DNA from: Microthyrium microscopicum
Taxonomy: Eukaryota
Direction of reading: 5' to 3'
DNA: 64,000 bases
Assembly (NCBI GenBank): GCA_010405405.1
Contig: MU004231.1
Span: forward strand, 3,770,884 to 3,834,883
The translations under genes and the position numbers were made by a program. The notes below the pieces were generated by a model. The model was given only the letters and a program-made list of their open reading frames with translations. It searched no databases and was not told the origin of the DNA. Below are positions 13,047-26,404 of the stretch, piece by piece. Position 1 is the first letter of the stretch. Each line of letters starts with the position of its first letter.

Positions 13047-13420
13047 TCCAGCTGGCCGCCAAGCCTAAAGCATCAGTGCACACATCTCCCAGACTCCTCA
13101 ATTCTCCACTGCCAAAACCAACTCACCCTAGCCAGCACTGAGCAGCCCAGCCAACCAGCCTGCTGTCAACTCACCTGTTACTTCTTTTTCTCCTACTTCA
13201 ACCACCATCTCAATTCTCTCCCATCCATCCCATCTCCCCCTTTCCCATCTCTCTGTTTTCCTCTCCTCTCCCCTCTCTGCCCTCTAAGCCGAGCCTCTTT
13301 CCTTGACCTTCTTCCCCTTATCCCAGTTGCTCGGTGCCCGTGTGCCCTGCCGCCATTCGGGGCGCCTGGACCTCGACTCCTCGTGAACCGACAGCTCATC
13401 AATTCCCTGTATGAGAGCAA

Positions 13421-16400
13421 ATGTCTTCATCTGCCAACGGAAATTCGCGCCTTCCTCCTTCTACATCCTCTTCGCCTGTTCATGCGAACCCTTCCCGTAC
13501 ATCATCCAAGATGAATTCTGCTGGTGGGAAGCCAGTTGATGGCCAGCGAAAGCAGACCTCTAGTCCAATGGACCCACAGTCTCAACGGTGAGTTGTACAC
13601 TTTTTCTCTCATGCGCCATGTATGAGCACGATATGATGCAACTTGAAAAGCGTTGGCTTTCGGCAGCTTTGTGCTTTCTTAACAAAGCTTGTTAACTTCA
13701 ATCATCCACTTCCGTCTATCATAACTGCATATCGCAATTTGATCACCGATACCAGCCAGATCATTCACTGACTTTGTGTACAGTAAGCAATCTGTGCCCA
13801 ATGCCTGGGCAAAGGGAAGTACAAATCCTGTTACACAGCGACCCGCGGGGACGCTGCCATCCAACGGTACCACAAATACCCAGAACAAGCAAAACACCGC
13901 TCCAAAGGGTCAATCGACACCCTCGAAAGAGACCAATACTCTACACAATCATTTCAATGATCGTCTACATTATGCATATGCTAGTTACATTGTCAGTAAA
14001 CTGTAGCTTCCGTGAATCGTCGTGTAAGCGTGCTAACCACACAATTGCAGGGTCTATCTAGCACTGTCACCCTTCAAAATGGCGAGAAGTATACTGGCGT
14101 CTTTTCCTCGGCTACATCAGACCAATCCGACGTCAAATACCTGTTGAAGATGGTAAAACGAGTTGGAGGTCAAGATTCGCAGGTCAATGGGGCTAGTGAT
14201 GCCTTGGAATCCTACGTTGGCAACGGAGAAGACCACGTTATGACATTTCTCGCTCGTGACGTTGAGTTACACGTTCCTAATGCCCAATTAGCAAAGCCAA
14301 AGTCCAAGGCTGCGCAAAACGGTATGTATTTGTCGCTTAGTTTGTTGAAAATACTAACATAACTCAGGAGCCTCTGGGTTCAAGACAGACACTGATATTT
14401 CCGGTGGTCTTGCCACCCGAGAACGAGCGCTTCAGCCGTGGGACGGTGGTGTCGAAAATGATGTTGATATGTCCCTTGATGGCCCTGCTAATGGCCAACC
14501 ATGGGATCAGTTCGAGGCGAACCAGCGGCTCTACGGAGTGCAGACCAACTACGACGAAAGCTATTATACTACCACTATCGATAGATCTCGTCCCGATTTC
14601 AAAGAGCGAGAAAATCAAGCTGCTCGCATAGCACGCGAGATTGAAACCAGCTCGACCTCCAACTCGCATGTTGCAGAAGAACGAGGACAAAAAGCTCCGG
14701 AAGACAACGGGGAAGATGAGGAGTCAAAGTACGAATAATTTTGATGGTACTTTCATTTTACTAACGGTACTCTAGATACAGCGGCGTCCAACGTGATTTT
14801 CAGCAGCTCAACTCTGGTCAACCAAATAAATACACCCCACCCGCCCGTCGTGCTCCTTCTGCACACCCCACCGTTTCTGGAGCTCCTGTTGATCCTGCCA
14901 TCATCTCCTCAAGTCTCGCAAAAGGTGAAAAAGACAACGCACATGGTAAAGAGAACGAATCCGCTACGAAATCATCCAAACCGCCTGCCTCAAGTGATAT
15001 GCCAAAGATCGAACTACCCAAACCTCAGGCATCAGTCTCAGGCGCAAAGCCAATTTTGCCTGCTGCTAAAGTCTCTCCAGCAAAGGAAGGAGGTGCTACT
15101 GCAACGGTAGAGAAGGACGTTGTCAACGCATTCAAACAGTTCACTGCGAACGAGAAGCTCAAAGCGCAAGAGCATCAACGCAGTCTTGCTAAACGAGACA
15201 AAGCTGTTAAGCTGAACGATCTCAAGAAGTTTGCTCAAAACTTCAAACTCAACACCCCAGTACCTCAAGACTTGGTTCCCATTCTAGCCAAGGACACTGA
15301 TAAACAACAAAAGATTGTGGAAAAGGCTCTGAAGAACGTGACTGAACAGAAAACTCCAAAGCTGGGCGATTCAGTATCACCACCTCCATCTGCGCAACCA
15401 TCTTCATCGCGCCCACCTGCTACCCTCCGTGGTACAAGTGGAGCTAGTGGTCAGAACACTCCTCCTTCGGTCCAACCTGATCGTCAAAGTCAGCGATCTC
15501 GTCAGAGTCAAGGTCCATACCAGCCGAATCTTCGTAACGGAGGAGCGCCTGAACGAAACAACCAGTCCACACCCAACGTTCCTCGTCAAAATCAGCAACA
15601 ACTTGCTCATCGTCTTCAACAACAATATCCTAACAATAGGCAAGCTATGCCATCCATGCCTCATCTCCAAGATCCACGGGTTACACCCACCGGGCCTATG
15701 AACAACTCTGTCCAGAGTCCCACTAGTCGCATGCACTACAACGCAAAAATGCCCGAATTCAAGCCCAATCCCGCCGCAAATACCTTCCAACCAATTACCA
15801 ACAACAGCTCCGGGAATAGCCCGGTGAGAGCTGCCTCAATCAGCTCATCCGCAAAGCCAGAACCAAAACGCGGAAATTTCTGGGAAGGCCGACGTGCCAA
15901 GATTCCTGCAGAAGAGAGAAAACCCCTTGCTGCAAACTACAATCCCATTACGCGACTCAAGAAGGAGGTCAAAGCAGAGGGTCGAGAACAGGATTATCTT
16001 TACAATGGAGGTATTCCTCAAGCTTACCGTACCCAGCCAATTTGGGAAGTCGCAGAAGCTAACAAAGAGCAAACATATAATCAGGTGTTTGAGAAGGAAA
16101 ACCGACCTTCTGCCACCTCGCCTCAGCACCATATGTCTCATCAAACTATGCCTCATCAACATCAGCTGCCTATTCATCTACAGCCTAGCGCACCGATTCC
16201 TGTCGGCCACACTCCTCAACACACTCCGCGTCATGCCAATGTTCAGCCACATATGGGTCCAAACGGCCCACAGCAGTACGACGATCATCATCGGATGCAA
16301 TACTCGGCCTCGAGTGGGCCAATACATCCTTCACCGCGGGGAGTGCCACCTTTTGCGTATAACGCACAAGGAGGCCAACCAATGCAGGGTCATCCACAGC

Positions 16401-17034
16401 CCATGCCTGGTTATGGCATGAGCCCCAGTGGTGGCTATCCAATGCAAATGCGTCAAGTCTCCAATGGTCCACCACATTACATGAATCAAGGTCCTCCTCA
16501 AATGGGTGGTCATGTAATGACCAATCAGCAATCATCCGGTCCATATATGAACTATCAACAAATGAACCCTCAGATGCCAATGATGTCGCCTGGACCAAAC
16601 CATGCATATCCTCATCCCAATGGACCCATGCCATCTCATACTGGTGCCAATGGGTTTGGTAGTCCGCGTCCTCCTGCACCTATGATGGCTCATCAAGGTT
16701 CGCAGCAAGGTCATCATCCTGCCATGTACATGTCTGGTCAACAACCAGGTCAACACATGTACTCTCAACCACCCAACGCTCCAAGTAAGCATCACCGGTC
16801 CCATCATGGAAAGTGATATTAATTGTCTTAGTGGGAATGCGACCCTATGGTCAACCAGGTCATTATGGCTCCAGTCCTCATCAGCATCATGGTTTCCCTC
16901 AACAGCCGCAGCCACCTCATAGAGCAACTCCCAGTGCAAGTTATGCTCAACCAATGATGGGTAATCATAATATGCAACCTGGAATGCCTCCGACCGGCGG
17001 TCAACCGATGGGCAACGAAGCTCCCGAGACCTGA
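13421..17034 (+). CDS. PBP1: Ataxin-2/Pbp1 family poly(A)-binding-protein interactor (Lsm, LsmAD, PAM2-like, low-complexity C-terminus)
   Basis: Six exons. Introns 13588-13783, 13992-14050, 14322-14367, 14729-14775 and 16785-16831 all keep frame. Motifs VTLQNGEKYTGVF, GFKTDTDISG, WDQFEANQRLYGVQTNYDESYYTT..AARIAREIE..HVAEERG..DEESKYSGV, and NAKMPEFKPNPAANTFQP. Confidence 0.95.
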
Positions 17035-17850
17035 GATGGAGGCATGGAATTAGAAACCGGTTTCTTGTTTGAAAAGTAGCGATGTCATCAGTCTTGCTGC
17101 ATCACGCGTCTCGCGCCGAGCGTAAGCTCATACTGTATCCTCCAGTGTTGATGGAGAATATACAAGTTTTGGCGCAATAGTGATACGCGTTCGCTCGGAT
17201 TCTTTGCAACAATCATGTAGTCAACACGGAGATTCAACGAGAGTTGAATGCTCTACTTTGTTTGCGTGCAAAGATATCCTTGTTGAAAATTGCCAGGATT
17301 CGATAGACTACAGGCGCAAGATCAAGGCTTGGACAGCTTGCTCATACGGGTAGAACATCAGGAAGGCTTTTTAGCGATTCAAAACTTGGAATTGAGGATA
17401 CTCTATTCTTGGGCAGTTGGTTTTGACTGCTCAATGACGATCCCACAATCCTGATGAAAGGCCATGTCCTGTTGATCGAAAGTGTATAGAGTTTTTTTTT
17501 TGGCGAGTATAGCTGAAACCTTTTCAGCTGTACCATCTTTCAGATAGGAAAATCAAAGAATATATAAATGCTTCTGCCTCAAAATTGGATATTTGTGACT
17601 GTAGCCAATGGAAGGAGTTTGTCAGGTCGCTTCGATTTTTCTAGCGCACAGACCATACATGTTGTTGCTGTGCCATTTGTTGACTTGTTTACGCCTCTTT
17701 CTCTCTCCAAACTTTCTCACCACCACTTCCAACGCTCAAGAAACCCCTTGCACCTTATTCTCTCACCAACTTTATCCCCAACCCATAATCCCATTGGAAT
17801 CAATTCAATCCTCCACTCGGACATTTGTCCACCCATAATTCGAAAACATA

Positions 17851-20014
17851 ATGGACACATTCAAGTTTCCCGCCTCGCCATCAACACCACTCTACCCACT
17901 CTCTCCCGAACGCGTCAACGGCACCCGTCCACCCTACGCAGGTCCAATCTCCCACCATTCCCATACACCATCTCTCCCAGAATTTGGCAAATCTACGCCT
18001 CTCGCCGCCGCACATAACCGTCCTCTTCACGGCTCTATACCTACTGTCGCGCCATTCCAGCTTGATCCCATTGCGCCTTCGTCTCCACCAAAGTCCCCTC
18101 TACGTAGTGCAGGTAGCCATTCGCGCACTAACAGCGATGCGTTGGTTCAAGGCATGATTGCTCGCTTTGACGGACTCAGCGTGAAAGATTGGAAAGCACA
18201 GAGCGAGACGGCAGTCAAGCGTGCAGAAATCGCGCGCGAGATGGCTGAGCTGGAGACGCGTAAGATCAAGGAACTTTGTGGGGAGGTGGAAGGTGAGCGG
18301 AAGAAGAAGAGTGAGGAGGCGAGAAAGTTGAAGCGGGAGTTGGAGGAGAGTCGGGAGCGGGAACGGAAGGTTGCGAGACGGCTGGAGGTTCTTATGGTAA
18401 GTCCTGAATTCCCTTAATTTGCAATTCGGATGACGGTGACTAATAAGTGATTTGTTATAGGAGGAACTCCATCGCGCTAAAGAGACACATGGCCATACAA
18501 TTTCCGTCTATGAGAAGGAGGTTCGTAAGGCACGCAAGGAGGCGTTCAAGAGCTCCTCGGCTTTTGTCAAAGTGCAGGAAGATGCCAAGGCCGCGCGTGC
18601 GCATGTCAAGGCTATGCAAACAAATTTAGAGACGGAGAAGGCAAAGGCGGCCAACCGTGAGCAGGAGGCTTTTACGGCGCAGTATCAGCTTGTCGGTGCC
18701 CAGCAGGAGCATCAAAAGGCGCTGGAGCAGATTCTAGTTTTGCAGCAGGAGCGTGATTCGCTCAAGACTAGCTTGCAAGAAGAGGAGGTTGCGCGAATGG
18801 CGGTCGAGGGCCGCTTCGCATTACCGCCGCCGAAAGACGATGACGAAGATGAGGATTTACTACAGTCACCGACACGATCACCAGTCAAAAGTCCACGCAA
18901 GATGCAACAGCGGTCGAAGACGCAGAGCTCAGATTCAGAGAAGGAGAATGTTATGCCGGTCAAGAAGTCTCTATTGCAGCTCAAGGCGCTGCAGGAGGAA
19001 CTTGCTCTTGAGCGACGGTTGAGACAGAAGGCGGTGGATCAGATTGACTTTATGAAGATGGAGTGTCAATTTGAGTGTTGTTCGTGCCGTATTGCTGAGC
19101 AACGTGGAAATCACTATGTTCATGACAGTACGTATCTAACGGATATGGAGCGCATCAAGAAGGAGGTTCCTGCTGCTGAGGATGCTATGGACGTCGACGT
19201 CAAAGACTTTGCAGAGAACGCTGAACAGTCATCGCCATCTAAAGATGCCCAAGAAACTCAAGAGGTTGTTGCCTTCTCACCGGACTCTGGTACATTTAAA
19301 GCTCTCGATACTCCAATGGACGACGACATCAGCGAGTTCACCAAACAAGCACCACTTACAAACCGTCGCGCGACTGGCATGAGACAACGCCACTCCTCAT
19401 TCCGTCTATCAGGATCAGTTAAGCACTCCACCCCCGACATTGAAGACTCCCACACAATCCTCCAAGAAGAAATCGCCAAAATCCACGAAATCGTCCCACA
19501 ACCCAGCGCCACTCCACCCGCCGAGCACGACGAGTCCTCACACTCTGACTCTGACCCCATGGAATCCCAGCACTCCTCTCCTGAACCACTCTCCCAAAAC
19601 AATCCATCAACACCGCCCGCCTCTCCACCCCTAGCACCACAAACACCCGCCGGCCTAGCCATCCGCACCATCACAACAACAACCACTATCCCCATGCAGT
19701 TCAGCCCCGAAAAGGCCATGCACAAGCCATATCAACCTTCCCACCACCAAGATGCTTCTAGCATGCCGACCACTCCACAAACAATCTCACACCCACCGTC
19801 CTTTGGCATCCTCAACAACGAGAACTTACCACCAACTCCTGGCGCTTTCAAGGCAGATGGCACGATTGATCGAGAGGCGGCGTTGGAGATGATTCGACAG
19901 CGACGGAACCGGAGTCGGAGTATGGTGATTGGGCAGGCGACGCCGCATAAGGGCATGGTGGAAGGAAATATCCGACGCGACATTAGTGCGCCTGTTGGGG
20001 GGAAGACTCGTTAA
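17851..20014 (+). CDS. Fungal coiled-coil protein with a CQFECCSC motif, function unknown
   Basis: Intron 18397-18460 (GTAAGT...CTAAT...TAG) joins the 17851 ORF to the frame of the 18572 ORF. Long heptad E/K/R-rich region and C-terminal DREAALEMIRQRR..RRDISAP. Confidence 0.85.
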
Positions 20015-20311
20015 GAGCTTGACGGATCGAGTTTTAGAATGTGGCCAATTGGTGCATAGCAAGGTGTTTTATGGCGCTTTGGATTATTTGCACTTCACTC
20101 CGTTTGGCGTTCTTGTGTAGTGCCTTGCAGGTCATGATGGCTTTTGTAGCTTGTTGGTTGGGTTGAATGCTTTTATTGTATTGTAGGGATATTGTACATA
20201 GGCCCAATGCGTAATCTGTTCTATACACATACTTCTTTTTACATCGAGTTATACATCTCCTCCACGTTCTCGTTCAGTGCTATATATATCCGTCCCACAC
20301 TTGACATTATC

Positions 20312-21445
20312 TTAAGCTGTCCTCTTCATTCCATTGACCAACAACACGACACCCCCCAGCTGTCTCCTCAAATCCTCCTTCTCCACATCATGTGTATCTT
20401 CCACTTCCCCCCACTGTCCAGTCTGCCACGCTACTTCCGCACTCACCGCGATCGCCGCATCTTCCACTCCAAATTTCTTCCCTTCTGAGCTCCCTAATCC
20501 TAATTCTTCACTCCACTCAGCCACCAACCGTGCCGCCACACAAAGACTCTTTGTCGCCAACACAGCCCTCTCCACGCCAGCAAGTTCCCAAGCTGGCAAA
20601 CCCGCCAACCACCCCCTGACCACGTCCAGCGAACTCTGCTCCTGCGCCTTGGGCACAATACTGTCTGCCAGCGTCGGCTCCAAACGTACTCCAGGCCACA
20701 TACGGCCTGTCAAATGCGCTACAATTGGCTCCGCCAACGCCCGTTGCCGTGCTCTCAAATTATCGTGCCCGACATCTACACCGACGGGCTCAGGTGCCCA
20801 GCAGAGAAGTGTATCCGTCGTCAGATATCGGATCAGCATGCGCACGATGCTAGCTCTTGGCTCCGCATTACCGGCTCCGTCAGCGGCCTGTATCTCAAGG
20901 GCGCGTGCAACGAGCGATGTAAGCGGGATATAATGTGTCTTGAGCGCCTGTTGGGCAGACGTGAGCATGTCCCATTCGAGAGCGAGGGCGGTGGCGAGGT
21001 GGGGTTTGGATCGTGGGACTTTGATGAGCGTCTTTTCTATGTCGCGGACTGGGCGGGCGTCGAGGTGGATTTGGTAGTGGCCGTCTTCTACATTGGACAT
21101 CATATGTTAGCTTGGAAAGGAGACGAAGAGAAGGGGGGATTTACCGGGTGATTGGATGATGTGGACGTCTGTCCAGAATCGTTTCTTGAGTGGGCTGGTT
21201 GTGGTAGGCTTTGCGGCATCGGCGCGGATGGTTTGTGCGGCGCGGAGAAGGGCGGCTTGTTTCTTCTTGCGGGCGATGCGGGCTTCGCGGTCGCTGGTGG
21301 GTGTTGTTGGCGGAGGAGGTGGTGGGCCGGGGGCGGTTGGATGAGCGATGGGCGTGGCGGCTTTGGGGATGGAGGCGTGGATTGAGCGGATGGATATGAG
21401 AGGAGTGTGCGCACGATGGCGGAGTGGTTGTATTAGTGACCGCAT
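20312..21445 (-). CDS. ATP12: Mitochondrial F1-ATPase assembly chaperone Atp12
   Basis: Arg-rich presequence, then LKKRFWTDV, YQIHLDARPVR, ALEWD, YLTTDTLLCW and WGEVEDTHDVE. Intron 21088-21144 (GTAAAT...CTAAC...TAG). Confidence 0.95.
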
Positions 21446-24400
21446 TGTGTTGGATGTGGCGATTGCAACGACGTTGATGATAGCAACTGAGGGACCTTGA
21501 ACCATCAATTGGAGTTGGAGAAGTTTGAGATCTAGGTCTAGGGCGTCGTGGAGCTAGCAGGGATCCAGGGTCTTGTTCATATAAAAAGCTTCAGATTGTC
21601 TGACCGTTGCGTATCCAAGAGATAAATCTTGAACAGCTGCATTGAACAAGTGAGTTGCTACAAAAGCAGTTTAGGGGTTGGATATTTAACTACTGCCAGT
21701 CTCTACTCTGAGTTGATTCTGTTGATTTGAAATTTTGTATCACGACTTTCCATCCAGTGCGATAAGCAGGATTTCTTACATAATTTTCACGCCAGCATTC
21801 ACTTGAATATGGGAGAATGAATTGTACACCATACAGAAGCACTACTTGCATATGAACTATGACCTCTACCAGCCGCGGATCGGCTTGAATGAACGATAGG
21901 TCTGGCAACTAGGTAGGTACCTAGGCACTCAGTTTTGTTCCCCGAAAACCTTTCAAAGGCGTCCAGTTTTGGCACAGAACTTTCTCTAGAGCTTTTATGT
22001 TTGCATTTATGAAGGAGCCACGAGTAAGCAAAAAGAAGTCGGCGTTCTTCTAATAGGTATCATGTGTAGTACATATAGGCCACCCTCCCTACTCATTACA
22101 CTTTTTCATTGGCTCCTCAGTTTTAGATTGGAAAAATCTTGACACTTTATACACAGCGATGGTAATTGAGTATCTCCGTGCACCCTATTATACCTGTCAC
22201 CGCAATAAGCAAGACTGCCTATATGCTCATGCCTCCACCAATCGCGCTTGATTCGATCTAAGTGACGTGGTGAGAATATTCAACCAAGGCATGTTTTGCT
22301 GAAAGTTCGTTGTCACTTCTTGTCTTGGAGTCCTTACAAGAAAATCTGTTTCCTAACTAAATATATTGCAGTTATTACAGCACGCATTTCGTTGCGGCTG
22401 AGCTCATGTTCGTGAGCTCTTCGATAGTTAGGATATTTGCAGTAGACATTAATAAGTTATTGTAAGTAGAGTACCTCTATACTGACTGGGTGGGTGAAAG
22501 CGCGGGCAAGTTTCAATTAGAACGAAGATTGATGATGGTGCGGGCTTCAGCCAAGTTACCCAGTAGGTTCGATTCCAACTGCGGATGTAATTGACCACAG
22601 CGGCCTCAAACAAGAGTTATTAAAACCAAAGAAAGAAATGAGATCATTGTTGACGAGGGATAAATAGGTACACTAGCAAGAATCTATCTTGTAATATGTT
22701 TTGCCGATGTCCTTGTGCAGGCTCAGGTGTGTGTGAATTAAAGGGCGAGCAGACGACCTGAGCAACTGGCCTTTATTGTTTCTTATGACTAACCCGAAGG
22801 AGCCTAGAACCAACTACGCGTGAAGCATATCAAGCATCTGATTCGTCCGTTCCACTGCATATGTACTTGGTGCTATCCTTGAATATTTACATATTACACT
22901 AGGTGGTTGATCTCAGAACGCCACGGCTTGAAAGGCTGTTTTTTATCAAATATATAGCTTCTAATTGAACATCTTGAGATCTTCAACAAAATGGGCGCCA
23001 GAACACCAATTATAGCTCTCCAAAAGTTCTGTTGATCGTGGTTAAAACTCCCCAAAGATTAGCGTTTTAGCTTCCACATGTTGAAATAAACAGGGATAGC
23101 ACCAAGTAAACACGGAAGCATATCCAGCCATCGCAATAGTTCTCCCATTTTTTCAATACTTTGTAGACAAACTGCACGTTTTTCAATGTCTAGTGAAGCT
23201 AGATCACCCCACCGTGGGATTTCACCATTCCAGGATTACAAATATCCCGCATTAAAATTTCTTGTACCCATTCAAACCAAACAACGTACCTAGTCACGAT
23301 GTTTTATCATAATTTACTCAGAGCCATATACTTCCAAGACTGCGACTCATAATAGCACAGCTCCAATAACAGCCAAGATGCGGTCCTTGGATACTCTTAT
23401 GGTTTCTCAGTGGTCCAAAATACTTGTGAGTCTCAGTACTGTAGGAGCTAAGCCCATTCCGAAATTTCTATCGATCGTGCTCTTAGTCAGACATCATTAA
23501 AATTGCGAGATGCAACCTTGATTTTTTCAGTCCAACGCTAAGCACACTGGCATCAAGCGCTTTTAAATCAATTTAAGGAGCCGAGGTTCGTCTGGGCGGA
23601 AAATTCGAAAGGTTGCACGTTTTATGACCCACAGTCGCTGACTCGTTACCATGAAATTGGTGGTCCATATTATCAACAACTGGCTTTACTAAACTTTCCG
23701 ATTAAGCTGATAGTATCAATTTTACCTCTCTCGGCTTTAGTGATACTAATAGAACTTGAACTTATTGATTTGCTCGATAAATGATTCTCAGAAATCAAAC
23801 TTCAACTGCACGAAGACTCGGGAACTAAACCACGTGACGCGTTGTGTCGACCTTTTTGCACTCTTTCTGATTTCATAACTGCTGATGTTCTCACAAGTGC
23901 TCTTCAATGGTAATCTGATGCCTTCGTCCTAGTCCGACGCGTCTGGAGCCAACGGACAAGATATCGAGCACAGCTTCCCTTGCATGTTGACAGATGAAGT
24001 TGGAGCCAGCAAGGAAAAGTGGGTAGGGCCCTTGTTAGCCTCCTCTAGCGGCATGATTTCAGGCTCAATTTCAACGCCACTGCGAGATATCATTGGTTGC
24101 ATGGTGATAATTCAACAGGGGTCTGAAATGAACTGGAGCATTGATACTGATTTGCACTTGAATCATTCTTATCTAATGAGGTTGTTCCACTGCAGTGTTT
24201 TTCAGAACAGATCCTGAGATCTCACCTTGGCTTCCATTTATTCTCCTACTTACCATTGTATTTACAAGGCTTTAGCTCCGTTCATCGGGCTGATGCAGTG
24301 AGCTAAACCCGCCTTGCCTGCTAAGCGATCTTTATGATGTTGTATCCGGTCCTCTAAGCATATTTTCAAGTCCCGTGCTCTACACGAAGAATATACATTC

Positions 24401-24896
24401 CGCATCAGGTCATAGGAGCAGGGTCGAAATATCACATGTCCCCTGCCTATTATCACTATTCAGCGCAATAAGTTGAGACAACTATCATTTGCTCACACCA
24501 GTCACAAGGGACATTTGATGCAGCCTCAAGCTCATGCCCTGATTGTAAGTAGGTAAATTGCTAACACAGTTTCGATAGCAATGATCGGTTGGAGGAACCA
24601 GAGAATAACTCAACAATCCGTATCATTTATGTGTGAAGCACTTATTGTGAAGGCATAGCAGCACTTGTCGACCGGGGCATATACCTAATATGGATACAAT
24701 CCAATTCATAAAGACATAAAGTGAATATGATTACAAGATGTTGCTTCCACAGCAGTTTGAACTCTCAACCAGCCCAGCAAAACTCAGGACGGTAGTCAAT
24801 GCGAGCAGCATCAGTGGCCATCTTAGTCAGATCTATGCAAACATTTGCGTCGAAAAAGGCTCCAGCAGCCCATACTTCAACAGCGTCAAATCTTCC

Positions 24897-26404
24897 TCAA
24901 AAATCTCCCTCCTCGCTCGTAAAACTTAATGCGGCATTTTTAAAGACTAGCGCGTCGGTGAAACCAACAACCCTGGGTAGCTTGAGCTTCTGACGTCGAA
25001 CAAGAAGGTCGCTCTGGTCCTTGCGGCCACTGCGAAGGCTCCGCACTTTGTCGATGCTCTTCACGGTTGGCGGAACGAATTTCTTCAGAGCCATATTCAT
25101 AACCCATTCATGCCAGTCCCAATCACCAGGCTGGGTTCGGGAATGAACGTAGTGCATATGCTCTTGAAGAGCTTTCATACCGCCCATATACGCAGCTGTT
25201 GTTCCACCTTCCTTATTGTGCATGGCATTGTTTTTGTCGTAAACATGGTGCTCTTGTTGACCGCATTCCGTGTTCCCACCACAATCAGGACAATGCAACG
25301 AGTACCAATGGCCGTTGGGGTGCTTGACGACCGTTGGAAACTTGACAAGGCGACAGTACGGATGCGCGTCTTGCGGGTGCCCTTTGCGAGGTGGGCGTTC
25401 CGTCTCAGTGGACTCCATGTCCCAGAACTCAATAAGGTCGGGCGCCATGTTGAAGTTGATGCGGATGTTGAACTTCAGCTCCGCACCTGTCAATTCTACA
25501 TGTTGAACAAGTTTTCGCGCAAATTCTCTCATTCTGTTGATCTTTGCATTGCGTTTAGAAGCAATTTCCTAGACTTCGTTAGTGGCGGATACAATAGCTC
25601 AAATGACAAACCTACCTCGTAGCCTTTAAGTCTGTTCCAGTTCAGAGCTTTATGCAGAATGATGTCAGAACTATCCTGTAGATCCTTAAGTCGACCAATC
25701 CAGATCGCCTCTTTGAGCAACTTGAGGTCGTTCAGTGTTAGGAAGTGTTCTAGAATGCCGTCCGTCTCATCAGATTGGTCAATGGTCTTAGCTTGGCTCC
25801 GAGTGTACTTGGTGGAATGCTATGCCTCCAAGTGAATCTTGAGCCCATATAAGCCTTTGTAGAGTTTCTTATCATGATCTGTGGTTGTGGCACATTCAGG
25901 ACAATGAAGGAGCCAGATATCGAAAGGTTCTTCATCGTCATTTTCGTTTTCCATGAGGACGATGATAGGACATGGAACATAACACCAAGTGTGATGTGTT
26001 GCTTGAGACGAGGTTTGTCGGATCCAGGGGCCGGTTCCCTCTATCATCTTGACCTCAAAAGCACGAGTAGTCTTTGAGGGAGCATGGTATAAGGAGACCT
26101 CTTCACCGCCATATGTGATGGACAAGGATGATGAAGGCTGCGTTTCCAAAAACGTACGCAGGGTGTTCATGTTGGTAGTAGTTGGAGACACGATGAATTT
26201 TAGTGCATCTGCGCTCTGATCCACGACACTGGGAAGGCTCTCTGTAGATGCTTCTGTGGCTTGGGTATTGGTAGAAGTCAGCGAAATCAAGGAACTGTCT
26301 TCATTCGCGTCGAGACTGGCATAAGTGCTATCAGATTGATCGATATCGTCATCTTCGTCTATGAAAGAGACGGTGTTATGCTGAGAATCAGATATAATGT
26401 TCAT
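24897..26404 (-). pseudogene. Two-repeat CxxC...HxxxxH zinc-finger-like gene interrupted by one in-frame TAG (pseudogene or readthrough)
   Basis: ORFs 25820-26404 and 25529-25720 share a frame and are separated only by TAG at 25820-25822. A canonical 47-nt intron at 25569-25615 joins them to the 24897-25532 ORF, giving about 487 codons. Confidence 0.7.

Noticed and set aside
12217..13514. ORFs of 196, 164 and 102 aa upstream of PBP1
   Set aside because: They fall in or next to a CT-rich promoter/5'UTR tract, show no motifs, and several lack an ATG start.
20334..21151. Plus-strand ORFs of 199 and 145 aa
   Set aside because: Antisense shadows of ATP12.
22520..22590. tRNA-like or tRNA-Sec-like look: GGTGCGGGCTTCA followed by the B-box GGTTCGATTCC
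   Set aside because: The anticodon stem and acceptor stem do not pair and the T-stem has a mismatch. At most an isolated B-box; tRNAscan-SE would settle it.
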